DNA of 64,000 nt from Actinomycetales bacterium (GCA_038330415.1 JBBQNZ010000001.1:16467-80466); one strand, 5' to 3'; shown: positions 36,530 to 49,478, numbered from the stretch's first letter. Numbers and translations: made by a program. The notes: a model not told the origin generated them from the sequence alone.

Positions 36530-36573
36530 GTTTGCGGTGCAAACTAATGAATACAAAGGTTTGTCCCACAAAG
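36530..36573. promoter_or_regulatory. Cluster of TTTG(C/T)/(G/A)CAAA half-sites, candidate operator for the downstream HTH_34 regulator
   Basis: GTTTGC-GGT-GCAAAC (36530-44), ACAAA-GG-TTTGT (36553-64) and a further ACAAAG (36568-73), in the only AT-rich stretch upstream of 36587. Confidence 0.4.
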
Positions 36574-36586
36574 TCAGGATGACGCC

Positions 36587-37213
36587 ATGACCGGTTCCAG
36601 CTCCACCGACACCTTCGACCCACGTGACGCGAAGGCGCTGCTGGAGACCACCGACCACGCGACGCGCCGAGCCCTGGATGTCAGGGGGGACCTGCTCTTC
36701 ACCGCGTGGGGAGTCGCCTGGGCGGTGGGCTACCTGTCGATCTGGTGGTCAACCCGTGGCCAGACCCCTTACACCGGACCGGCCGGGTGGGCCTACGGCA
36801 CCCTGTTCGTGGCCCTGCTCGCAGCCGCAGCCGTGACCGTCGTGCTGATCTCTCGGGCAGCGGCAGGCATCAGCGGCGCCTCGACCCGGGCGGGCACCTT
36901 CTACGGGTTGACCTGGGCCGTCGGGTTCCTGCTGTGGCAGTCGGTCATGGGCGCCGTCGCCGCGGCCGGTGTGCCCGACGACGTGGCCGGACTCCTCGGT
37001 GCCGCAGGGCCGGCGCTCATCGTCGCCGTCATCTACTGCGTCTCTGCGGCGATGTGGGAGGACGCGTCCTTCTTCGTCGCCGGCTGCGTGCTCGCCCTGG
37101 CGACCGCTGTCGGGGTGTGGACCGGTCCGAGCACCGCCTCCCTCGTCATCGGCGTGGTCGGAGGCATCGGGTTCGCGACCGCTGCCGGCCTCTCGCGCCG
37201 GAGCCGGGTGTGA
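36587..37213 (+). CDS. Hypothetical integral membrane protein
   Basis: 208 aa with five to six hydrophobic segments. ATG preceded by AGGA. Its stop overlaps the GTG of the following regulator. Confidence 0.6.
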   Translation: MTGSSSTDTFDPRDAKALLETTDHATRRALDVRGDLLFTAWGVAWAVGYLSIWWSTRGQTPYTGPAGWAYGTLFVALLAAAAVTVVLISRAAAGISGASTRAGTFYGLTWAVGFLLWQSVMGAVAAAGVPDDVAGLLGAAGPALIVAVIYCVSAAMWEDASFFVAGCVLALATAVGVWTGPSTASLVIGVVGGIGFATAAGLSRRSRV

Positions 37214-37542
37214 CGCCTGACGACTCCGGCAGTTCCGCGGCCCTCCCGGTCGCCGACGCGATCCTCGACCCCGTCATCCACGCCCCGGTTCGGCTGCGCA
37301 TCGTCGCTGCTCTGGCCGCTGTCCCGGAGCGCGACGCGATCTCGTTCACCAGGCTGCAGCAGCTGCTCGACCTCACCGCCGGCAACCTCACGACCCACCT
37401 GCGGCGCCTGGAGGAGGCCGGCTACGTCCAGGCCGTGCGCCTCGGGCAGGGGCGTACCGCGCAGACGTCGGCATCACTCACGCCCGCCGGGCGGGCGGCG
37501 CTGGCGGCCTACCGAGCCGCACTGGCGCAGATCCTGGGCTGA
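37210..37542 (+). CDS. Winged-helix transcriptional regulator (HTH_34-like)
   Basis: ILDPVIHAPVRLRIVAALAAV...ISFTRLQQLLDLTAGNLTTHLRRLEEAGYV matches the HTH_34 pattern. GTGA-type overlap with the membrane protein gene. Confidence 0.75.
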   Translation: MTPDDSGSSAALPVADAILDPVIHAPVRLRIVAALAAVPERDAISFTRLQQLLDLTAGNLTTHLRRLEEAGYVQAVRLGQGRTAQTSASLTPAGRAALAAYRAALAQILG

Positions 37543-37546
37543 CTCA

Positions 37547-38458
37547 CTAGACCGTGGCGGCCGCGAAGGTGTTGCACTGGTTGAGGTCGCCGGTCTTGTA
37601 GCCCTGCAGGAACCAGCGCTGGCGGGACTCCGCGGAGCCGTGCGTCCAGGTCTCGGGGTTGACCCGGCCCTGGGTGGCCTGCTGGATGCGGTCGTCGCCG
37701 ACCGACGAGGCGGCCGAGAGCGCGTCCTGGATGTCCTGGGTGCTGAGCGGCTTGAGGAACGGGGTGTTGGTGTCCTCGTCGGGCACGGTCGTGGCGTGCT
37801 TGGCCCAGACGCCGCCGAGGCAGTCGGCCATCAGCTCGGTCCTCACCGCAGCCGACTGCGCCCCTTGCGGGTCGCGCTGTGCCTCGCCGAGCAGGCCCAG
37901 CTGGTCCTGCAGGGCGTGCCCGTACTCGTGGGCGACGACGTACTCCTGCGCGAGCGGCCCACCGCTGGAACCGAACTGGTCCTGCAGGATCTGGAAGAAG
38001 CTCGCGTCGATGTAGACCCTCTTGTCGAGCGGGCAGTAGAACGGGCCGACCTGGTTGCTCGCCGTGCCGCACGCCGACCGTGCCGTGCCGTCGTAGAGCA
38101 CGGTCTTCGTCGGCTGCCACTCCTTGCCGAAGCGGGGCAGCTCGGAGGCCCAGAATGCCTGCACCGAGTTGACCGTGCCGATGATGCGGCACTCGATGTT
38201 CGCGTTCGCGTCGGCGCCGGTCTTGCACTCCTGGAAGGCGTTGGGGTCCTCGCTGCCCGCGACGCCGACCTGGCTCGGGTCGAGACCGGCGGTGGCCCCG
38301 TTGTCGCCGCCGAACACTCCGTTCAAGAGCAGGGTGAGAATGAGGATGACGATGCCACCGAGGCCGCCGCCGACGACCATGCCCCCTGGGGCGCCGCCTC
38401 CACCGCCGCCGGAGGACACCTGCGAGGTGTCGAGGGTGACGTTGTCGTTGAAGCTCAT
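37547..38458 (-). CDS. Neutral zinc metallopeptidase (YpfJ-like), membrane anchored
   Basis: Gly-rich N-terminus plus one TM segment. HExxH motif VAHEYGHALQ. ATG 38458. Confidence 0.85.
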   Translation of the reverse strand: MSFNDNVTLDTSQVSSGGGGGGAPGGMVVGGGLGGIVILILTLLLNGVFGGDNGATAGLDPSQVGVAGSEDPNAFQECKTGADANANIECRIIGTVNSVQAFWASELPRFGKEWQPTKTVLYDGTARSACGTASNQVGPFYCPLDKRVYIDASFFQILQDQFGSSGGPLAQEYVVAHEYGHALQDQLGLLGEAQRDPQGAQSAAVRTELMADCLGGVWAKHATTVPDEDTNTPFLKPLSTQDIQDALSAASSVGDDRIQQATQGRVNPETWTHGSAESRQRWFLQGYKTGDLNQCNTFAAATV

Positions 38459-38643
38459 CTCCGGGCCTCCGTGGCGGGCGCCCCCGTGCGGCGCGCAGTG
38501 GGTGCACCACCCTAGTGGCGGCATCGGGCGGGGTGGGCCAGGTGGGGAGGACCGCGTGATCGGTCGGAGGGACCGCGCGGGACGGCTATTCTGGATGGTC
38601 GTGGCCGTCTCGGGCCGCCGCCCCCACCACCGAAGGTCTCACC

Positions 38644-40242
<1,599 letters not shown>

Positions 40243-40272
40243 CCTCCGCGCCCGACGCGAGAGGATGGGGCC

Positions 40273-41364
40273 ATGAGGAGCTCGCGCGCGATGGCGGCCA
40301 CGCTCCTCACCGTGGGCGCACTGCTCGTCACGGCGTGCACGACCAGCCCGGATGCCGTGACGCCACCGTCCGCTCCCGCCTCGCCACCCGCGTCGACGGC
40401 GGCGTCCGCGTCGGCCACCTCGAGCTCGTCGGCGAGGGCCACCGCGACCTCGAGCGCGACCGGCGGCACGGCATCCGTGCGCTTCTCGGCGCTCGGCGAC
40501 ATCAACTCGACCGACGCGTCCGACGCCGTCCTGCACTCGATCGGCGACCGCCACGACGACTTCACGCTCGCGCTGGGCGACCTGTCCTACGGCGACGACG
40601 GCGAAGAGGGGGCCTGGTGCCGCTTCGTCACCGACCGCGTCGGGGCGAGCCACCCGTTCGAGCTGGTCTCGGGAAACCACGAGTCCGACGGCCCGAACGG
40701 CGACATCGACCGCTTCGCCCGCTGCCTGCCCAACCGGCTGCCGGGCCTGGCCGGAAGCTACGGGCGGCAGTGGTACGTCGACCAGCCGGCGGCGCACCCT
40801 GTCGTGCGGGTCGTGATGATCTCGCCGGCGCTCGACTTCGGGCACGGCGAGTGGTCCTACGCCAAGGGCACCCCTCACTACGACTGGTTGCGCAGCGCCG
40901 TCACCGGGGCGCGCGCGGCCGGGATCCCGTGGGTCGTCGTGGGCCTGCACAAGCCCTGCCTGTCGGTCGGCAACTACCAGTGTGACCCCGGCGCCGACGT
41001 CGTCGACCTGCTCCTCGACACCGGGGTCGACCTCGTCCTGACCGGCCACGAGCACCTCTACCAGCGCACGAAGGCGCTCGCCCTGGGCGCCGGCTGCCCC
41101 ACCATCCGCCCCGGGCGCTACGACCCCGCCTGCGTCACGGCCGACGGCGGCACCACCTTCGTCACGATCGGCACCGGTGGCACGCCGCTGCGGGACGTGC
41201 ACGGGTCGGACTCCGAGCGCCAGTACTTCGCCGCACTCAGCGGAAAGGACCTCGACCCGTCGTTCGGGTCGCTCGACGTGCAGGTGACCGCCGACCGGCT
41301 CACGGCATCCTTCGTGCCGGTCGCGGGCGGAACCTTCACGGACGAGCTGGTGCTCACCCGCTGA
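40273..41364 (+). CDS. Metallophosphoesterase lipoprotein
   Basis: Signal peptide plus lipobox LVTAC. Ser/Ala-rich linker. Calcineurin-like motifs GDLSYGDD, SGNHE and TGHEH. Confidence 0.75.
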   Translation: MRSSRAMAATLLTVGALLVTACTTSPDAVTPPSAPASPPASTAASASATSSSSARATATSSATGGTASVRFSALGDINSTDASDAVLHSIGDRHDDFTLALGDLSYGDDGEEGAWCRFVTDRVGASHPFELVSGNHESDGPNGDIDRFARCLPNRLPGLAGSYGRQWYVDQPAAHPVVRVVMISPALDFGHGEWSYAKGTPHYDWLRSAVTGARAAGIPWVVVGLHKPCLSVGNYQCDPGADVVDLLLDTGVDLVLTGHEHLYQRTKALALGAGCPTIRPGRYDPACVTADGGTTFVTIGTGGTPLRDVHGSDSERQYFAALSGKDLDPSFGSLDVQVTADRLTASFVPVAGGTFTDELVLTR

Positions 41365-42232
41365 GCGTGCGCAGCACGTGCGCGGTGATCGTGTCGCGAG
41401 CCCGGCGGCCCTCGGGCGTCGGCAGCAGCGGGTAGTCGTGCGGTGAGCCCGGCTCCACGTGCAGGGTGAGGTCGACCGTGGCCGGCGCCAGCCCGTGCAG
41501 CCGGTCGCAGTCGGGTCGGCAGATGTCGCGCGACCCCACCAGCACGAGGGTGGGCGGTAGCCCGCCCAGGTCGCCGTACAGCGGGCTCACCGTGGGGTCG
41601 GTGAGGTCGCGCCCGGCCGCCCAGTGGGTCGCGATCGGCAGCATGCCGGCCCGGGTGAGCCACGGGTCGCGCTGTTCGACCGGCCCGATGGCCGGGTTGG
41701 TCATCGACAGGTCGAGCCAGGGTGCGATGAGCGTGAGCCCGGCGATGCTGCCGTCGCCGGCGTGGGCCTGCGCCAGCAGCAGGGTCAGCGTCCCTCCCGC
41801 GGAGTCGCCCAGCACGTGCAGCGATGACAGTGGCGCGAGGCGAGCGTGCAGGACCGCGAGGAACGCCTCGGCGTCGGTGACGTCGGCCGCCGGCGCCAGG
41901 GGGTAGCGCGCCACGTGCACCTCGCGGCCGGTGGTGTCGGCGAGGTGGGCGACGAGTGACCAGTGTTGCGCCTGGATGCCGTTGACGAAGGCGCCGCCGT
42001 GCAGGTACGCGAGCGCACCGGACCCCGGCACGGCATCCGGCCGCGGGCGCACCGTCACCACCTCGCCGCCGCCGAGCGCCTCGGTCGTGAGGCGCCCGGC
42101 GAGCTCGTCGGGGGCGGGTGCCGCGGGCAGGGCGTGGGCCATGCTGCGCAGCCCCGCCTCGCGCGTGCGGTAGCGCTTCTTGCGGGTGGCGCGCAGGTAG
42201 CCGCGTACAGCCACGGTCTGCCAGCTGGTCAC
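41354..42232 (-). CDS. Alpha/beta hydrolase (HSL/family IV esterase-like)
   Basis: Oxyanion motif HGGAF and nucleophile elbow GDSAGG. Confidence 0.8.
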   Translation of the reverse strand: MTSWQTVAVRGYLRATRKKRYRTREAGLRSMAHALPAAPAPDELAGRLTTEALGGGEVVTVRPRPDAVPGSGALAYLHGGAFVNGIQAQHWSLVAHLADTTGREVHVARYPLAPAADVTDAEAFLAVLHARLAPLSSLHVLGDSAGGTLTLLLAQAHAGDGSIAGLTLIAPWLDLSMTNPAIGPVEQRDPWLTRAGMLPIATHWAAGRDLTDPTVSPLYGDLGGLPPTLVLVGSRDICRPDCDRLHGLAPATVDLTLHVEPGSPHDYPLLPTPEGRRARDTITAHVLRTLSG

Positions 42233-42251
42233 CGGCGCAACGATGCCACGC

Positions 42252-43634
42252 TCAGACGGGGATGGCGGGCAACCGGGTCAGCGCCTCGGCGACGGCCTGC
42301 TGCAGCTCGGTGTCGGCCCAGGTGTGGTCGACGAGGTCGCCACTGAGGTAGGCGTCGTAGGCGGGCAGGTCGAGGTGGCCGTGGCCGCACAGGGCGGTGA
42401 GGATGACCTTCTCCTCGCCCGTCTCGATGCACGCGATCGCCTCGTCGACGGCCGCCGCGAGGGCGTGCGTCGGCTCGGGAGCCGGCACGATGCCCTCGGT
42501 GCGGGCGAACAGCACCCCGGCCGCGAAGCAGTCCTTCTGCGTCTTGGCGATCGCCTCGATGAGGTCCTCCTCGTAGAGGTGGCTGATCAGCGGGCTCATC
42601 CCGTGGTAGCGCAGGCCGCCCGCGTGGATCGGGTCGGGGATGAAGTCGTGGCCCAGCGTGTGCATCTTCAGCATCGGGGTCAGGCCGGCGACGTCGCCGA
42701 AGTCGTAGGCGTAGGTGCCCTGGGTGAGGCTCGGGCAGGAGGCCGGCTCGACCGCCCGGATGACCGGGCCGGTGCCCGAGGCGAGCTTCTCGCGCAGGAA
42801 GGGGAAGGTCAGCCCGCCGAAGTTCGAGCCACCGCCGGTGCACCCGACGATGAGGTCGACGCTCTCGCCGATCTTCGCGAGCTGGAGCAGGGCCTCCTCG
42901 CCGATGATCGTCTGGTGCAGCAGCACGTGGTTGAGCACCGAGCCCAGGGCGTAGTTGGCGGTGGGATCCTGGGCGGCCATCTCGACGGCCTCGCTGATCG
43001 CCAGGCCGAGCGAGCCGGGGGAGTCGGGGTCGCTGGCGAGCATCGTGCGCCCGGCCTCGGTGAGGTCTGAGGGGCTGGGGTGCACGGTGCCGCCGAACAA
43101 CTCCATCATGATCCTGCGGTAGGGCTTGGCGTCGTAGGAGGCCCGCACCTGCCAGACCTCGCACTCCAGGTCGAACTGGGCACAGGCGAACGCGAGCGCC
43201 GTGCCCCACTGCCCGGCACCGGTCTCGGTGGTGAGCTTCCGGATGCCGGCCTTGGCATTGTAGTAGGCCTGCGGCACAGCGGTGTTCGGCTTGTGCGACC
43301 CGGCGGGTGAGACGCCTTCGTACTTGTAGTAGATGCGAGCTGGAGTGCCGAGCGCCTTCTCCAGCCGGTGGGCCCGGTAGAGGGGAGAGGGCCGCCACAG
43401 CTTGTAGACGTCCTGCACCTCCTGCGGGATGTCGATGTACTGCTCGGTGCTCACCTCCTGGGCGATGAGGTCCATCGGGAAGATCGGCGCGAGGTCGTCG
43501 GGGCCGACCGGCTGCCCGGTGCCCGGGTGCAGCGGCGGCGGGGGAGGGGTCGGCAGGTCGTGGAGGATGTTGTACCAGCGCGTCGGCATCTCGTCCTCGT
43601 CGAGCAGGACCTTGTGGCGCAGCGGTGCGGACAC
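42252..43634 (-). CDS. TrpB-like PLP-dependent enzyme (TrpB2 type)
   Basis: [13 protein letters not shown]-terminus, PLP lysine context [38 protein letters not shown] 43634 preceded by GGGAGAGG. Confidence 0.88.
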   Translation of the reverse strand: MSAPLRHKVLLDEDEMPTRWYNILHDLPTPPPPPLHPGTGQPVGPDDLAPIFPMDLIAQEVSTEQYIDIPQEVQDVYKLWRPSPLYRAHRLEKALGTPARIYYKYEGVSPAGSHKPNTAVPQAYYNAKAGIRKLTTETGAGQWGTALAFACAQFDLECEVWQVRASYDAKPYRRIMMELFGGTVHPSPSDLTEAGRTMLASDPDSPGSLGLAISEAVEMAAQDPTANYALGSVLNHVLLHQTIIGEEALLQLAKIGESVDLIVGCTGGGSNFGGLTFPFLREKLASGTGPVIRAVEPASCPSLTQGTYAYDFGDVAGLTPMLKMHTLGHDFIPDPIHAGGLRYHGMSPLISHLYEEDLIEAIAKTQKDCFAAGVLFARTEGIVPAPEPTHALAAAVDEAIACIETGEEKVILTALCGHGHLDLPAYDAYLSGDLVDHTWADTELQQAVAEALTRLPAIPV

Positions 43635-43794
43635 GGCATACCTCTCCCTCGGCGGCGTCCGCCCCGGTGGCGGCGCCGCCGTCATCCTCCGGTGGGGCAC
43701 CAGCGGGCACAAGGGGGTGCCCACGGGCAGGAACACCTGTCGGGAGCCGGTGGTTGACTGACAGGGCCAGACGACGACTTGAGGAGCACGACCA

Positions 43795-45681
43795 GTGAGT
43801 ATGCAAGGGTGGCAGGCGTTGCACAGCCTGAGCAGGGACTCCAGTGTCAAGGAGCGCCGCCTGGCTCCGGGCACGACCCGTCGGGTGCTCAGGTACGCCA
43901 CCCCCTACAAGGTGCAGATCGGCTGGTTCCTCGGGGTCGTCGTCGTCGAGTCGGTGCTTGTCGTCGCCTCGCCGCTGCTGCTGAAGTCGCTGGTCGACGA
44001 CGGCATCTACCCCAAGGACTCCGAAGTCGTCGTGCGGCTGTCCCTGATCATCGCCCTGATCGCGATTCTCGGTGCAGGGCTGACCCTGGTCGAGCGGTGG
44101 TTCTCCGCCCGCATCGGTGAGGGCCTGATCTACGACCTGCGCACCCAGGTGTTCTCGCACGTGCTGCGCCAGCCGGTCGCTTTCTTCACCCGGGCCCAGA
44201 CCGGTGCGCTCGTGACACGCCTGGGCAACGACGTGATCGGCGCCCAGCAGGCGTTCACCTCGGTGCTCTCCAGCGTCGTCAGCAACGCGATCACCCTGGT
44301 GCTGATCATCATCGCGATGGCCACGTTGTCCTGGCCGCTGACCCTCGGCGCCCTGGCCCTCGTCCCGTTCTTCCTCATCCCCGCGCGGCTGATGGGGCGC
44401 CGGCTCGCCAGCCTCGCGCACGAGCAGATGGTGCAGAACGCCGAGGTCGGTACCCGGATGACCGAGCGCTTCAACGTGGCCGGCGCCCTGCTCGTCAAGC
44501 TGTTCGGTCGCCCCGCCGTCGAGGACCAGGAGTACTCCGTGCGGGCCGCGAAGGTGCGCGACATCGGCGTGCGCATCGCCGTCAACCGCTCGGTCTTCTT
44601 CGTCGCCCTCACCCTGGTCGCCTCGCTGGCCACCGCGATGGTCTACGGCGTCGGTGGCCTGATGGCCGTCAACGACACCCTCACCGTGGGCACCCTGCTC
44701 GCCCTCACCGCGCTGCTGGCCCGGCTCTACGGCCCGCTCACCGCGATCTCCAACGTGCGCGTCGACATCCTCACCGCCCTGGTGTCGTTCGAGCGGGTGT
44801 TCGAGGTGCTCGACCTCGAGCAGCTCGTGGGGGAGGCGCCCGACGCGCGCCCGGTCCCCGCGGGCCCGGTGCGCGTCGAGGTCGACGGGGTGTCGTTCTC
44901 CTACCCGTCAGCCGACGAGGTGTCGCTGGCCTCGCTCGAGACCACCGCTTCGGGCGACCGGCGCGGCAGCGGGCCGGTGCTGCACGAGGTGTCCTTCACC
45001 GTCGAGCCGGGCAGCCTCGTCGCGCTCGTCGGCCCCAGTGGTGCCGGCAAGACGACGATCACCTCGCTCGTCGCGCGCCTGTACGACCCCACGGCCGGCG
45101 CCATCCGGATCAACGGGCTCGACCTGCGCCAGGCCCAGACCGAGTCGTTGCACGACGCGGTCGGTGTCGTCACCCAGGACGCCCACCTCTTCCACGACAC
45201 GATCCGCGCCAACCTCGCCTACGCCGCGCCGGAGGCCACCGAAGACGACATGGTGGCGGCGCTGCGGGCCGCGCAGGTCTGGTCACTCGTCAACTCGCTG
45301 CCTTCCGGGCTCGACACGGTGGTCGGCGACCGCGGCCACCGGCTCTCCGGCGGCGAGAAGCAGCGGCTCGCCATCGCCCGGCTGCTGCTCAAGGGTCCCG
45401 GGCTGATCGTCCTCGACGAGGCGACCGCCCACCTCGACAGCGAGTCCGAGCAGGCCCTCCAGCGAGCTCTCGACCACGCCCTGCGCGACCGTTCGGCCCT
45501 GGTCATCGCCCACCGGCTCAGCACGGTGCGGCACGCCGACCAGATCCTAGTCGTCGACGACGGCACCGTCGTCGAGCGCGGCACCCACTCCGAGCTGGTT
45601 GCCTCCGGAGGGCTGTACAGCGAGCTCTACCGCACGCAGTTCAGCGACGAGATCGGCGAGGTGCTCGACGCCCGCGCCTGA
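43795..45681 (+). CDS. ABC exporter, fused permease/ATPase (MsbA-like)
   Basis: Six N-terminal TM segments, then Walker [10 protein letters not shown], signature LSGGEKQR, Walker [16 protein letters not shown] preceded by GAGGAG. Confidence 0.9.
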   Translation: MSMQGWQALHSLSRDSSVKERRLAPGTTRRVLRYATPYKVQIGWFLGVVVVESVLVVASPLLLKSLVDDGIYPKDSEVVVRLSLIIALIAILGAGLTLVERWFSARIGEGLIYDLRTQVFSHVLRQPVAFFTRAQTGALVTRLGNDVIGAQQAFTSVLSSVVSNAITLVLIIIAMATLSWPLTLGALALVPFFLIPARLMGRRLASLAHEQMVQNAEVGTRMTERFNVAGALLVKLFGRPAVEDQEYSVRAAKVRDIGVRIAVNRSVFFVALTLVASLATAMVYGVGGLMAVNDTLTVGTLLALTALLARLYGPLTAISNVRVDILTALVSFERVFEVLDLEQLVGEAPDARPVPAGPVRVEVDGVSFSYPSADEVSLASLETTASGDRRGSGPVLHEVSFTVEPGSLVALVGPSGAGKTTITSLVARLYDPTAGAIRINGLDLRQAQTESLHDAVGVVTQDAHLFHDTIRANLAYAAPEATEDDMVAALRAAQVWSLVNSLPSGLDTVVGDRGHRLSGGEKQRLAIARLLLKGPGLIVLDEATAHLDSESEQALQRALDHALRDRSALVIAHRLSTVRHADQILVVDDGTVVERGTHSELVASGGLYSELYRTQFSDEIGEVLDARA

Positions 45682-45725
45682 GGCACCCGACCGGCACCTC
45701 AGCAGGCCACGTCCATCGCGGACGG

Positions 45726-46541
45726 CTACTCGTCCTCCTCGTCCCAGATCCGGGTCTTCTTCGGCTTCGCGCGGTACTGCTCGGGGTTCTCCAGCCGCAG
45801 CTCGCGGCGGATGCCGAACGGGATCAGCACGAAGCCCATCACCATGAGCAGCCACCACTGGTACGCGTACGCCTGGTGCGGGCCGAGGTCGCGGTCGGGG
45901 TCGCCGAGCGCCTGCGGCCGTGGCGGCGAGGAGCCGTCGGGCAGCGTCTCGGACTGCAGCAGCACGTAGCCCGGCAGCACCGCGCCGTTGCCCAGGACGC
46001 CGGACGCGTCGCGCAGGTTGAGGCTGGCGATCTGGTTGTCGGGGAGCCGGCGGTTCCTCGACGCCTGGCCGGGGCGCACCCAGCCCACCACCTCCACCTC
46101 GCCGGAGGGCGCCGGGGCGACCTCGGGCAGCACGCTGGCCCCGCTCTCCGACTCGGCCACCCAGCCGCGGTCGACGATGACATCAGGGCCGCCGGTGCTC
46201 GGCCGGAAGGCCCACAGCACCTCGTAGCCGGGCTCGCTCTCGAGGGGTCGGTTGCGCACGAAGACCGGCCCACCGGCATACCGCCCGGAGACCGTCACCC
46301 GGGTCCACTCGTCCTTCGGGTCGAGCCCTGCCGGGGTGAGCACCGTCGACAACGGCACGGGTGCCGCCCGGTAGTGGGTGTCGAGGCGCTCGTTGCGCTG
46401 CTGCTTGGCCTCGAACCGGTGGTACTGCCACCAGCCGAGGTGGTAGCAGGTGAACGCCACCAGCCCCGCCAGGAGGAGGGCGCCCAGCCAGCGAGGTGTT
46501 ACGAGCCGCCTGAGCACGTAGCCACGGTACGCGACGTACAT
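45726..46541 (-). CDS. SURF1-family cytochrome oxidase assembly protein
   Basis: Two terminal TM segments flank a soluble domain. GWWQYHRF N-terminal motif. ATG 46541. The longer ORF is read-through. Confidence 0.8.
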   Translation of the reverse strand: MYVAYRGYVLRRLVTPRWLGALLLAGLVAFTCYHLGWWQYHRFEAKQQRNERLDTHYRAAPVPLSTVLTPAGLDPKDEWTRVTVSGRYAGGPVFVRNRPLESEPGYEVLWAFRPSTGGPDVIVDRGWVAESESGASVLPEVAPAPSGEVEVVGWVRPGQASRNRRLPDNQIASLNLRDASGVLGNGAVLPGYVLLQSETLPDGSSPPRPQALGDPDRDLGPHQAYAYQWWLLMVMGFVLIPFGIRRELRLENPEQYRAKPKKTRIWDEEDE

Positions 46542-46550
46542 TGGTCGCCT

Positions 46551-47552
46551 ATGACCGACCTTCCAGCCCCTCGCCTGCTCGACCGCTTCGGCCGCGCCGG
46601 CCGTGACCTTCGCGTGTCCGTCACCGACCGGTGCAACCTGCGCTGCAGCTACTGCATGCCGGCGGAGGGCCTGGACTGGCTGCCCAAGCCCGAGATGCTC
46701 ACCGACGACGAGCTGGTGCGGCTGGTCACCGTGATGGTCGGCCTCGGGGTCACCCAGGTGCGGCTGACCGGCGGCGAGCCACTGCTGCGCCGCAGCCTGG
46801 TCGACGTCGTCGGCCGCATCGCGGCCCTCGAGCCCCGGCCGCGCATCGCCATGACCACCAACGGCATCGGGCTCGACCGACTCGCCGCCCCCCTCGCCGC
46901 GGCAGGGCTCGACCGGGTCAACGTCAGCCTCGACACCATCGACCCCGAGCACTTCGGCCGGCTCACCCGGCGCGACCGCTTCAACGACGTGGTGGCCGGC
47001 CTCAAGGCCGCTGCCGAAGCCGGGCTCACCCCGGTGAAGGTCAACGCCGTGGCCATGCGCGGCGTCAACGACACCGACGTCCCCGACCTGTTGCAGTGGT
47101 GCCTCGACCGGGGCTACGACCTGCGCTTCATCGAGCAGATGCCGCTCGACGCGCAGCACGCCTGGGACCGCTCGCTGATGGTGTCGCAGGCCGAGATCCT
47201 GGAGCGGCTGGGGGAGCGCTTCGCGCTCACCCCGGTGCCCGACCGGGGCAGCGCCCCGGCCGAGCTGTTCTACGTCGACGGCGGGCCGGCCACCGTGGGC
47301 GTCATCGCCAGCGTGTCGGCGCCGTTCTGCGCCAGCTGCGACCGGGTGCGGCTCACGGCCGATGGTCAGCTGCGCAACTGCCTGTTCGCCCGCCGCGAGG
47401 TCGACCTGCGAGGCCCCATCCGGGCCGGCGCCACCGACACCGAGCTCGCCGACCTGGTCATCGCCGAGATGTGGGCCAAGAAGTCGGGCCACGGCATCGA
47501 GAAGGCCGGCTTCGAGCAGCCCGACCGCCCGATGTCAGCGATCGGTGGCTGA
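46551..47552 (+). CDS. moaA: GTP 3',8-cyclase (molybdenum cofactor biosynthesis)
   Basis: Radical SAM CNLRCSYC motif, GGEPLLR, and the C-terminal cluster CASCDRVRLTADG. Confidence 0.93.
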   Translation: MTDLPAPRLLDRFGRAGRDLRVSVTDRCNLRCSYCMPAEGLDWLPKPEMLTDDELVRLVTVMVGLGVTQVRLTGGEPLLRRSLVDVVGRIAALEPRPRIAMTTNGIGLDRLAAPLAAAGLDRVNVSLDTIDPEHFGRLTRRDRFNDVVAGLKAAAEAGLTPVKVNAVAMRGVNDTDVPDLLQWCLDRGYDLRFIEQMPLDAQHAWDRSLMVSQAEILERLGERFALTPVPDRGSAPAELFYVDGGPATVGVIASVSAPFCASCDRVRLTADGQLRNCLFARREVDLRGPIRAGATDTELADLVIAEMWAKKSGHGIEKAGFEQPDRPMSAIGG

Positions 47553-47873
47553 GTCCTGCGGGTCCCACGGCTCGTAGGGCGCCCGGGTGATCTGCGGGGT
47601 CTGGTCGACCACGGGCAGCACCGGGCGCACCCGGCCGCTGACCCGCGGCATCACGGCGTTGGCGGCGACCACGGCGACGAACGGCAGGAACACCGCACCG
47701 GCGGCGAAGATCCACCGGTACCACGCGTCGACCACCACGAGCAGGATGAAGCACGCGGTGCGGATCGCCATGGTAATGAGGTACTGCTTGAGCCTGCGGG
47801 CCTGGTCCTCGGTGCGCGCCTCGGGCGCGCTCGTCACCGACTGGACGTCGTGGTCGTGACGGGTGGTGGGCAC
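47535..47873 (-). CDS. Small membrane protein (DUF3099-like)
   Basis: About 112 aa with two adjacent TM helices (IRTACFILLVVV, AGAVFLPFVAVVAAN). Start uncertain (GTG 47873). Confidence 0.6.
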   Translation of the reverse strand: MPTTRHDHDVQSVTSAPEARTEDQARRLKQYLITMAIRTACFILLVVVDAWYRWIFAAGAVFLPFVAVVAANAVMPRVSGRVRPVLPVVDQTPQITRAPYEPWDPQDSATDR

Positions 47874-47915
47874 CCGTCCACTGTATGTCGCGCTGCTCCG
47901 GCTACCCAGCGGTAG

Positions 47916-48647
<732 letters not shown>

Positions 48648-48719
48648 CTCAACCCCCACCACGCCGACCAGCACCGCACGACGTCACGACCGCACGCCTC
48701 CCACCGAAAGGTCCACCAC

Positions 48720-49478
48720 ATGTTGCTCGAGGGCAAGAAGCTGCTCGTCACCGGCGTCCTCATGGACTCCTCGATCGCCTTCCACGTCGCCAGGTTCGCC
48801 CAGGAGCAGGGCGCCGAGGTGGTGCTCACGTCCTTCGGGCGCACCATGAAGATCACCTCCGCGATCGCCAAGCGGCTGCCGCAGACCCCGCCGGTCGTCG
48901 AGCTCGACGTCACCAACGACGACGACCTCGGCGCGCTGGCCGACCGGGTGCGCGAGCACCTGCCGCACCTCGACGGCGTGGTGCACTCGATCGGCTTCGC
49001 GCCGCAGGGAGCCTTCAACTTCATGGAGGCCGGCTGGGACGACGTGTCCACCGCGGTGCACGTCTCGGCCTACTCGCTCGCCTCGCTCACCAAGGCCGCC
49101 CTGCCACTGATGGGCCCGGGCGGCAGCGTCGTCGGCCTCACCTTCGACGCCCGGTTCGCCTGGCCGGTCTACGACTGGATGGGGGTGGCCAAGGCCGCGT
49201 TCGAGTCGACCAACCGCTACCTCGCCCGCGACCTCGGCCCGATGGGCATCCGCTCCAACATCGTGGCCGCCGGCCCGATCCGCACCACCGCGGCCAAGTC
49301 GATCCCCGGCTTCGAGCGGTTCGAGGAGGAGTGGGGCAGCCGCTCACCACTCGGCTGGGACGTCAACGACGCGGAGCCCGCTGCCAAGGCCTGCATCGCC
49401 CTGCTGTCCGACTGGTTCCCCGCCACGACCGGCGAGATGGTGCACGTCGACGGCGGCTTCCACGCGATGGGCGTCTGA
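48720..49478 (+). CDS. inhA: NADH-dependent enoyl-ACP reductase
   Basis: Collinear with mycobacterial InhA strings (SSIAFHVARFAQEQGAEVVLT, GVVHSIGFAPQ, YDWMGVAKAA, LLSDWFPATTGEMVHVDGG). Confidence 0.92.
   Translation: MLLEGKKLLVTGVLMDSSIAFHVARFAQEQGAEVVLTSFGRTMKITSAIAKRLPQTPPVVELDVTNDDDLGALADRVREHLPHLDGVVHSIGFAPQGAFNFMEAGWDDVSTAVHVSAYSLASLTKAALPLMGPGGSVVGLTFDARFAWPVYDWMGVAKAAFESTNRYLARDLGPMGIRSNIVAAGPIRTTAAKSIPGFERFEEEWGSRSPLGWDVNDAEPAAKACIALLSDWFPATTGEMVHVDGGFHAMGV

Noticed and set aside
43635-43794. Searched upstream of TrpB2 for a Trp-codon-rich leader peptide or T-box-like element.
   Set aside because: No tandem Trp codons and no obvious specifier/terminator-antiterminator architecture. 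I saw only a short GGGCAC...GTGCCC hairpin.
45682-45725. Checked the convergent gap between the ABC exporter and SURF1 for a bidirectional terminator.
   Set aside because: No convincing stem-loop found by eye.
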